In this document: piece after piece, positions 8,359-15,626 of the stretch
How positions within the stretch are numbered: position 1 is the stretch's first letter
How the letters are laid out: each line of letters starts with the position of its first letter
Assembly: GCF_018398935.1 (NCBI RefSeq)
Contig: NZ_CP074694.1
Location: forward strand, 4,830,001 to 4,862,000
Reading direction: 5' to 3'
DNA length: 32,000 nucleotides
Source: Telmatocola sphagniphila
Lineage (GTDB): Bacteria > Planctomycetota > Planctomycetia > Gemmatales > Gemmataceae
The notes under the pieces: generated by a model
Told to the model about the DNA's origin: nothing
Database searches by the model: none
What the model saw: only the letters and a program-made list of their open reading frames with translations
Position numbers and translations under genes: made by a program

Positions 8359-8530
8359 CCAAACAAACAATACCTCGGGAGGAGATGTGAACAATAACTT
8401 CTCTTTCGAAGGAAATTCTGTCCAAAGCCAAGGCGATCATAGCAAGATCGAGATCCAAAAAGAGGAAGGGCTTGTCGAGAGTATCAAGAAAATATTTCGC
8501 TCGATTAAGGCATTCTTTGGTAAGAAGTAG
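8348..8530 (+). CDS. hypothetical protein (60 aa), or the 3' part of the preceding gene after a +1 shift
   Basis: Starts at ATG 8348 and overlaps the upstream stop by 11 nt. Begins with INQTNNTSGGDVNN (second copy of the repeat) and ends in the cationic amphipathic tail SIKKIFRSIKAFFGKK. Confidence 0.45.
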   Translation: MHINQTNNTSGGDVNNNFSFEGNSVQSQGDHSKIEIQKEEGLVESIKKIFRSIKAFFGKK

Positions 8531-8616
8531 TCTCGAAATCTTCGAGCTTGGATATCAAAAATACAAACTATTTCGCGATACGTTTTTTCTTATCTTCTCC
8601 AGGCTGGCTAGCATCA

Positions 8617-9068
8617 CCGCGGGGTGACACTGGCATCCCATCTCAATAAACGCAAGTCCCTGTACAATCTAGACTTGGGTGGCACTGTCTATCTGACAGT
8701 GCCATTTAGAAATCATCGATTTTCAACAACAAATCACCCTATTTCAACCCAGAAGGAATTCACGCCCCTGAAAGTCGTACCCACGCCAATCTCCAGGAAG
8801 ACCATGAAAACTGGCAAATCTTGATCTCGCTCTTCCGGACTTTGCTGTGTGTAAAACTTGGCCGAGGACCACTTCCAATCGTTGGGGTAGCAGATAGCCA
8901 CCCGCCGTTTCGATATAACTCTCGCTTTCGGATCGAATTTGTTTCGAAGTTGGCGAAAACTCTCTCTGATTTCTCTTTCTCAGGCACGGGCAGATAGCCA
9001 GTGCCATCCAAAACATTACCTGACAATGACTTACGGAGATTGTTTCGGTGCATCAGTGCCTTTGCCAC
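8617..9068. repeat. Composite structured repeat: L-arm (8617-8704), spacer, short-form arm (8881-8906), central module (8907-8984), degenerate R-arm (8985-9068)
   Basis: 8617-8880 aligns with 7113-7377. 8907-8985 aligns with 871-949. The R-arm is CACGGGC-AGATA-GCCAGTGCCATCCAAAACATTACCTGACAATGACTTACGG. Confidence 0.85.
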
Positions 9069-9898
9069 ACAACTCACTTTGCCAGTCACTCCTCTCTCGA
9101 TTACTCTACAGCGTGCAGGGAATCGGTCCATTTCAGGATTACAAAAGCCTGCACGCGAGCTTCGTCAGTTCGATCCTCGCAGTGATCCTACCAGCAGTTC
9201 AGAACTTTCCAGAAAGGGAGGTCATCGATTGGGTTCAAAATCGGTTTACGACGAATCACCCCAAAACAGGCGTATTTCCCAAGAAATAACCTAAGGTCAT
9301 CAAAATCGCGTTTTCCACTATGTGAAAAATGATGATCTGATGACCTCTCTAGGGAAATCCCGGAAAGAAAGGCCCTTCTTGACCCCAAAATGTCCGGAAT
9401 TTCTGAGATATCTCGTCAAAATCGAAGTGTCGTATGCACTCTAGATCACTGAGGAATCCACACGAAGCTTTTCTTGGTCTCCGGGCTCGCCGTGAGTGTT
9501 CCAACCGCCCCAAATTGCAACAGTTCCTGGAGTTCCCAATCGCGGTGAATTCCAGCGGTCGTCCCTCGGCAACGAAAAAGCGGAACCGGTCCTCAAGCTC
9601 CAACGGAATTGATCGATCTGATGCAACGCCGTCCTCCCGAGTGAATTTCAGTGATCACAAATAGCCCTATCGTCGCTGACTGGCATCCAGGAAAGATCAC
9701 TCTCTTCCGGTACGAACGGCCTCGGAAACTTCGGCCCGTTAGCACTCTCGAAGGATTTTCTTTATCGCCCTCAACCTTGAGCCCCGGCTTAAAATCACTC
9801 GCCGGGCACACTCCGGCGCCTAAAATCACTTACAGGCAGTAGCGAGAGCGGATTCGTTATCCCATCGAGATTTTCAATTCCGATACTTAGGCTTTTCC

Positions 9899-11869
9899 AT
9901 GCTGGTAGGTCAGACCATCGGTGAAGGTGACAAGTCGCTGTACATTGAGAAAGAACTCGGCAGCGGGGCCATGGGCTCCGTTTTCCGGGCTCGCTTTCTC
10001 AAGGACAACACGCTGACGGCCCTGAAAGTCATCGCCTTCGGTCTGGCCGACAACGAAACCGCCCGGGCCCGCTTCGACCGCGAGGCCAAAATCCTCAAAC
10101 AGCTCAAGCACCCTAACATCACCCGCTACTACGGCAGCGGCCACATTCGCAAAACGCCGTTTTTCATGATGGAATACGTCGAAGGGGAATCGCTCGATCA
10201 CCTGCTCGAGCGGCGCGGCAAACTCCCCTGGGAAGACGTGGTCATCTTCGGCAAGCAGCTGGCGGCCGCTCTCGAGCACGCGCACGAAAAAGGGATCATC
10301 CATCGCGATCTGAAGCCCTCGAACATCATGCTCACCAAGGGGGGCACGGTCAAGCTGACCGACTTCGGGATCGCCAAGGATGTCGATCTGACTGCGCTCA
10401 CCGGAGCCAACAACACCATCGGCACCGCCGCTTACATGTCGCCCGAACAATGCCGGGGAGAACGCAACCTCGGCCCCAAATCGGATATCTATTCGTCCGG
10501 GGTGGTTTTCTACGAACTGCTCACCGGCCGAAAGCCCTTCGTCCGGGAAACCTCCATCGATCTGTTCATGGCGCATGTGAACGATCCTTTCGAGCGTCCC
10601 AGTCGGCTCGTTCCCAACCTGCCGATGTGGCTGGATACGCTCGTCTGCCAGATGCTGGAAAAGAAGCCGGAATTCCGACCGCTGGACGCCGCGACGGTGG
10701 GCCGGGCGCTCCAGGAAATCGAAGATAAAGTCGCTTCGCATAAGAGTGTGGGGGCGGAAGTGGCCAACGCCCGGGTGATCGACCGAATTCAGATGACTTC
10801 GCCGCCGGATGAATCGGATCGGGAAGCCACCCGGGTCATTCGATCTTCTTCCAAAAAGAAGAAGGTCAAAAAGAAAACCATCCCCTTTTATCGCAAGCTC
10901 TGGTTTGCGCTAACTCTCATTGGCCTGTTCGTGATCGGAGCCGGGATCGGCCTCTACCTGGTAACGCGGCCTGGCGATCCCAAGATCGCTTTCAACCAGG
11001 CGATGGAAGAAAAGGACGAGGCCACCAAGGAGCAATTGCTCAGCGCTTATCTCAAACGGCAATCCGGTAACAAGGATGCCGACTGGCAGCGCGCCAATGA
11101 TGAGTTGTTCGGCCTGAAGGCCAAGAAGATCGATCAGGCGATGTGGAATCGCGTTCGGGCGAAACGGCTGAACCCGGAAGAGGAATACGACAAGCAGGCG
11201 TATGCGCTGGTTATGCAGGGCTACAAACTCGAAGCGGAGGGTAACACCAACGGCGCGCTCGAACAATGGATCGATCTGGAGAAGAACTGGGTGAAACAGG
11301 AGAACGAAGAGCTAGCTCTCTGGGGCTGGATCGGCCGCCGTCATAAGCAATTGATAAGCGAGGCCGACGGTCTGGAAAAGAGGATGCTCGCCACTCTGCT
11401 GAGGGCCCGGGTCGATGAGGAGGAAGCGACACTCGAAGGCGACGACACCAAGCGAACCTACGAAGCCCTGCGACTCGAACTTCTTGGCGATTTACGCGCC
11501 GAGCTGAGCGAAGATAAAAAAGGGCCCGTCGGCGATCTGGCGGGGGCGAAGCAGGCCTGGAAATCCCTGCGTGACGATCGGGAAAAGGATAAGCCGATCG
11601 ATCAGCGCGTTTACTTGATTCTGGCCGCCCGTCATTTCCGCGATCTCGATCCGCAAAAAGCTTCCGAAGCGACCCCGGAACAGCGCGAAGAGATGGTCCG
11701 CGGCTTGCTGAAGTGGGCCCTCTCCGTTCAGAAATCGGAGAATCTCATCGTACTTCGGGATATGCGCAATACACTTCGGGATATTCGCGACCTCTACAAA
11801 AATGCCCCCTCCCCGCTCGATAAAATCGCTATCGAAGCGGATAGCGAACTGCGTAAACTCAAAAAATAA
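9899..11869 (+). CDS. Serine/threonine protein kinase with TM segment and helical-repeat C-terminal region
   Basis: 656 aa. GSGAMGSVF glycine loop, ALKVI lysine, HRDLKPSNIML, DFGIAK, SPEQ. Hydrophobic segment LWFALTLIGLFVIGAGIGLYLV after a Lys-rich linker. Confidence 0.92.
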   Translation: MLVGQTIGEGDKSLYIEKELGSGAMGSVFRARFLKDNTLTALKVIAFGLADNETARARFDREAKILKQLKHPNITRYYGSGHIRKTPFFMMEYVEGESLDHLLERRGKLPWEDVVIFGKQLAAALEHAHEKGIIHRDLKPSNIMLTKGGTVKLTDFGIAKDVDLTALTGANNTIGTAAYMSPEQCRGERNLGPKSDIYSSGVVFYELLTGRKPFVRETSIDLFMAHVNDPFERPSRLVPNLPMWLDTLVCQMLEKKPEFRPLDAATVGRALQEIEDKVASHKSVGAEVANARVIDRIQMTSPPDESDREATRVIRSSSKKKKVKKKTIPFYRKLWFALTLIGLFVIGAGIGLYLVTRPGDPKIAFNQAMEEKDEATKEQLLSAYLKRQSGNKDADWQRANDELFGLKAKKIDQAMWNRVRAKRLNPEEEYDKQAYALVMQGYKLEAEGNTNGALEQWIDLEKNWVKQENEELALWGWIGRRHKQLISEADGLEKRMLATLLRARVDEEEATLEGDDTKRTYEALRLELLGDLRAELSEDKKGPVGDLAGAKQAWKSLRDDREKDKPIDQRVYLILAARHFRDLDPQKASEATPEQREEMVRGLLKWALSVQKSENLIVLRDMRNTLRDIRDLYKNAPSPLDKIAIEADSELRKLKK

Positions 11870-11886
11870 TAGCTGCCCTTTGAACC

Positions 11887-11922
11887 GCCGGTTACGATAA
11901 ATTTCGGACCGGCGAATTTTTC
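11887..11922 (+). terminator. Rho-independent terminator candidate after the kinase gene
   Basis: CGCCGGT (11887-11893) pairs with ACCGGCG (11909-11915) and is followed by AATTTTT. Confidence 0.55.
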
Positions 11923-11940
11923 CCGGACGGACGCTCTACC

Positions 11941-13239
11941 ATGTCATCTACCTATATTCCTCGCCCGAAAAGTCAGGCCGCTTTCGAACGCGCTCAGAAA
12001 GTGATTCCCGGTGGAGTCAACAGTCCCGCTCGAGCTTTCGGTGGAGTGGGTGGAACCCCCTTGTTCATCGCGCGAGCCGAAGGACCGTATCTCTACGATC
12101 TCGACGGCCATCGCTACCTGGATTACATCGGCTCCTGGGGGCCCATGATTCTGGGGCACTGCCATCCCAAGGTGGTGGCCGCCGTGCTGGAGGCGGTGCA
12201 CAACGGCAGCAGCTACGGCGCCCCATGCGAAAAAGAATCGGAACTGGCCGAGCTGATCTGCAGTCTGATGCCGAGCATGGAAATGGTTCGGATGGTCAGT
12301 TCCGGCACCGAAGCAGCCATGAGCGCGGTACGGCTGGCCCGCGGCTACACCGGCCGCAATCTGATTGTGAAATTCGCCGGCTGTTACCACGGCCACGTCG
12401 ATGCCCTGCTCGTCTCGGCCGGCTCCAGCGCCTTGACGCTCGGCGTGCCAAGCAGCCCCGGAGTACCGGCCGGCTGCACGCAGGATACGGTTGTGCTGCG
12501 CTACAACGACTGTCAGGCGCTGCGCGATCTCTTTGCCACTCGCGGGAACCTGATCGCCGGGGTAATGCTGGAACCCTTTGTCGGCAACATGGGACTCGTC
12601 AGCCCTTCCAAAGAGTTCCTCGACGAACTCTGGAAACTGACACGCCGTCATGGTAGCCTGCTGATATTCGATGAAGTAATGACCGGCTTCCGGCTGGCAC
12701 CAGGCGGTGCCCAGGAACTGCTGGGCATCAAGCCGGACGTCACCGTCCTGGGCAAAATTATCGGCGGCGGTTACCCGGTCGGCGCCTATGGGGGCCGGGC
12801 GGAAGTGATGAAGAAGATCATGCCGGCCGGGCCGGTTTTCCAGGCGGGCACGCTTTCGGGAAATCCGGTGGCGATGGCGGCCGGATTAGCCACTTTAAAA
12901 GAGTTGCGGGATAATCCACCCTACGCTCAACTCGATCAGCTATCAAAACGGTTGTGCGACGGACTCACCCAATTCGCGACAGCGAGGAATATTCCTCATC
13001 AGATTAATCGCATCGGCAGTATGTGGACGCTGTTTTTCACAGGTACGCCGGTGGTCGATCTGGATACCGCCAAGACCAGCAATACGGAAAAATTCAGCCG
13101 GTTCTTCTGGTCGATGATGGACCGCGGAGTTTACCTTCCCTGCAGCCAGTTCGAAGCCGCCTTTACCTCCGCGGCCCATACGCCGGAGATGATCGATACT
13201 ACTCTGCAAGCGGCCCGCGAAGCCCTGAACAAGCTGTAG
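11941..13239 (+). CDS. hemL: Glutamate-1-semialdehyde 2,1-aminomutase
   Basis: 432 aa. KVIPGGVNSPARAF, GSWGPMILGH and the PLP-lysine region VLGKIIGGG give an end-to-end HemL-like pattern. Confidence 0.96.
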   Translation: MSSTYIPRPKSQAAFERAQKVIPGGVNSPARAFGGVGGTPLFIARAEGPYLYDLDGHRYLDYIGSWGPMILGHCHPKVVAAVLEAVHNGSSYGAPCEKESELAELICSLMPSMEMVRMVSSGTEAAMSAVRLARGYTGRNLIVKFAGCYHGHVDALLVSAGSSALTLGVPSSPGVPAGCTQDTVVLRYNDCQALRDLFATRGNLIAGVMLEPFVGNMGLVSPSKEFLDELWKLTRRHGSLLIFDEVMTGFRLAPGGAQELLGIKPDVTVLGKIIGGGYPVGAYGGRAEVMKKIMPAGPVFQAGTLSGNPVAMAAGLATLKELRDNPPYAQLDQLSKRLCDGLTQFATARNIPHQINRIGSMWTLFFTGTPVVDLDTAKTSNTEKFSRFFWSMMDRGVYLPCSQFEAAFTSAAHTPEMIDTTLQAAREALNKL

Positions 13240-13351
13240 TCGCCGAGGTTTTTTCGATTTGAGACGCGAAACTTGGACGCCCCGATGAGCCTCGCTACAT
13301 TAACTGCACAGGCATAGTTTCCTCTCCTCAACCATCTACAAGGTCAACTGC

Positions 13352-14455
13352 ATGCAACGTATCTTCCTCGCATTGGGATTGCTGTTGCTCACCACCGCGG
13401 GTGCAACCGCCGGTCCCAAGATCGAGCGCGTCAAATTCGGCACCCTGCCGGACGGTACCGAAGTCGATCTCTACACCCTGACGAACGGCAACATGGTGGC
13501 CAAGATCACCAACTACGGAGGCATCGTCACTTCGCTGATGGTTCCCGATAAAAACGGCCGGCCGGTCGACGTCGTGCTCGGCTTCGACAACCTCAAAGAT
13601 TACGTCGATAGCAGCCCGTACTTCGGGGCCATCATCGGACGGGTCGGCAATCGCATCGCCAATGCCAAGTTCTCGCTCGATGGCAAAGAATACAAGCTCG
13701 ATGCCAACAACCCCCCGCACAGTCTGCACGGCGGCAAAAAGGGCTTCGACAAGCAAGTCTGGAAAGCCTCGCCGCGAATCATCAAGGACAACCCCAAACT
13801 GACTTTAAGCTACGTCAGTAAAGACGGCGAAGAGGGCTATCCCGGAACTCTGACGGTCACCGTTGAATATACGCTGAAAGATAATGCCCTGATGATCGAT
13901 TACACCGCTTACACCGACAAAGCGACTCCGGTGAATCTCACTCATCACAGCTATTTCAACCTCAGCGGCCACAACGCGGGCGAAATTCTCAATCACGATT
14001 TGATGATCTTCGCCGACAAGTACACGCCCGGAGATAAAACGTTGATTCCGACCGGCAAAATCGAACCGGTCGAAGGCACGCCGCTCGATTTCCGCATGAG
14101 CACTCCCATCGGCAAACGACTGAAAGACACCGGCCTCGACCCGGTCGGCTACGACCACAACTACGTTCTGCGCGGCCAAAAAGGACTGGTGGAAAAAGCG
14201 GCGGAAGTCTCTTCACCGGTGACAGGTATCAAGATGCTGGTGCTGACCACGGAGCCGGGTCTGCAATTCTACACCGGGAATTTTCTCGGTAAGGAAGTGG
14301 GCAAGGGCGGATCCAAGTACCCCAAGTACGGCGCGTTCTGTCTGGAAGCTCAGCACTATCCCGATTCGCCCAACAAGCCGGAGTTTCCGTCGATCACACT
14401 GAAACCGGGCCAGGTCTACAAGCAGAAGACCACTTATGAATTCGGCACGAAGTAA
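13352..14455 (+). CDS. galM: Aldose 1-epimerase (galactose mutarotase family), secreted
   Basis: 367 aa. N-terminal signal-like MQRIFLALGLLLLTTAGATA. HGGKKGFDKQVW and NLTHHSYFNLSG motifs. Confidence 0.88.
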   Translation: MQRIFLALGLLLLTTAGATAGPKIERVKFGTLPDGTEVDLYTLTNGNMVAKITNYGGIVTSLMVPDKNGRPVDVVLGFDNLKDYVDSSPYFGAIIGRVGNRIANAKFSLDGKEYKLDANNPPHSLHGGKKGFDKQVWKASPRIIKDNPKLTLSYVSKDGEEGYPGTLTVTVEYTLKDNALMIDYTAYTDKATPVNLTHHSYFNLSGHNAGEILNHDLMIFADKYTPGDKTLIPTGKIEPVEGTPLDFRMSTPIGKRLKDTGLDPVGYDHNYVLRGQKGLVEKAAEVSSPVTGIKMLVLTTEPGLQFYTGNFLGKEVGKGGSKYPKYGAFCLEAQHYPDSPNKPEFPSITLKPGQVYKQKTTYEFGTK

Positions 14456-14471
14456 AACAGTTTGCAAGATC

Positions 14472-14496
14472 GATCAGGCTCCTCGCGAGCCTGATC
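14472..14496. terminator. Perfect 10-bp hairpin between convergent genes (bidirectional terminator candidate)
   Basis: GATCAGGCTC-CTCGC-GAGCCTGATC, with no clear U-tract on either side. Confidence 0.45.
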
Positions 14497-14510
14497 CCAC
14501 ATATCTACCG

Positions 14511-15527
14511 CTAATTCAGCGTTCGTCCCAGCGGCCCCGCCAACATTTTCAACGAATCGATCAACTTCGAAAAGGCTGCGAAATTCAGCGATTGCGCGCC
14601 ATCGCTCATTGCCTTGTCGGGATCGGGATGGATTTCGATCAAGAGGCCGTCGGCCCCCGCCGCCAGGGCCGCTAAGGCCATTGGAGGGACATACGGCCGT
14701 TTACCGGTGCCGTGACTGGGATCGACGAAAATGGGAAGGTGGGAAAGCGATTTACAGGGTGGGATGACCGAAAGATCGAGCGTGTTTCGCGAATGGTCTG
14801 AAAAGGTACGTACGCCCCGCTCACAGAGGATGACCTGATAATTGCCCCCGGCCATGACGTACTCGGCGGACATCAGCCATTCTTCCAAGGTCGCACTCAT
14901 GCCGCGTTTCAACAGGACCGGCTTGCGGGCCAGACCGACGCGTTTCAACAAGGCAAAATTCTGCATGTTGCGGGTGCCGATCTGGATGATGTCGGCCGCT
15001 TCTTCCACGATATCGGCGTTTTCGGTATCCATCAGTTCGGTGACGATGCCAATACCGGTATTCTTGCGAACGCGTTTGAGAATCTCCAAGCCTTCTTTGC
15101 CCATCCCCTGGAAGGAATAGGGACTAGTACGAGGTTTGAAGGCTCCGGCCCGCAACATCTTCACGCCGATGCCCATCAGAAACTCGGCGGTCTGTTGAAT
15201 CATCGCTTCGTTTTCCACGGAACAGGGCCCGGCAATCATGGTGAAATGACCCGGTCCGACCGTGGTTTGCGGGAATTCAATTTTGGTGTCCGTCGGGTGC
15301 ATTTCCCGCGAGGCGAGTTTGAACGGCTTGGTGACGCGGATACACTCCTTGACCCCCTCGAGCACTTCGAAGGAACGGGAATCGACGGCTCCCGTATTGC
15401 CGGTGATGCCGATAGCTGTCCGGGTGGCTCCTGGTAAAGGATGGGCCGTCAGCCCCTGCGCGGCAATGGCTTTCAGTACGTGCTCGATCTGATCCTTGGA
15501 AGCGCCGGATTGCATCACTACCAGCAT
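14511..15527 (-). CDS. aroF: 3-deoxy-7-phosphoheptulonate (DAHP) synthase, type I-beta with N-terminal ferredoxin-like regulatory domain
   Basis: 338 aa. N-terminal [17 protein letters not shown]... domain, then the [13 protein letters not shown] and VDPSHGTG motifs of the KDO8P/DAHP I-beta family. Confidence 0.92.
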   Translation of the reverse strand: MLVVMQSGASKDQIEHVLKAIAAQGLTAHPLPGATRTAIGITGNTGAVDSRSFEVLEGVKECIRVTKPFKLASREMHPTDTKIEFPQTTVGPGHFTMIAGPCSVENEAMIQQTAEFLMGIGVKMLRAGAFKPRTSPYSFQGMGKEGLEILKRVRKNTGIGIVTELMDTENADIVEEAADIIQIGTRNMQNFALLKRVGLARKPVLLKRGMSATLEEWLMSAEYVMAGGNYQVILCERGVRTFSDHSRNTLDLSVIPPCKSLSHLPIFVDPSHGTGKRPYVPPMALAALAAGADGLLIEIHPDPDKAMSDGAQSLNFAAFSKLIDSLKMLAGPLGRTLN

Positions 15528-15626
15528 GGAAGAACTCGTTTCCGCAAAAACAAGAAAACACGACCGCGAGCGAAAACCTATTATAGTCTCTCAGGGCGCA
15601 GGATCATCCCATAGGACAATCCGGTA

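Noticed and set aside
1-9068. CRISPR array
   Set aside because: The repeats are about 80 nt, occur in both orientations, and are irregularly spaced (0.1-4 kb). They are separated by ORFs rather than uniform spacers. No cas genes are in the window.
787-9068. Canonical integron attC sites
   Set aside because: I could not find the RYYYAAC / GTTRRRY core pairs at the arm ends. The composites (243-452 bp) exceed the usual 57-141 bp attC range, and no intI is visible. The integron-like idea is kept only as an analogy in the findings.
9069-9898. RNase P RNA, tmRNA, SRP or 6S RNA in the ORF-free stretch
   Set aside because: None of the conserved signature strings I know were seen on either strand. 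This includes the GAGGAAAGUCC-type P4 region and the tmRNA GGGG...ACCA ends with a tag ORF. It cannot be excluded without a covariance-model scan.
9887-10741. Long antisense or alternative-frame ORFs inside GC-rich core genes (for example 9887-10741, 11944-12651, 13328-13756, 15645-16310, 22347-23093, 27336-27869, 29550-30137, 31382-31963, and 4881-5615 / 5329-5835 in the transposase)
   Set aside because: Each overlaps a gene with strong family motifs. Their translations are Arg/Gly/Pro/Ala-rich with no motifs. This is the typical shadow-ORF behaviour of GC-rich DNA.
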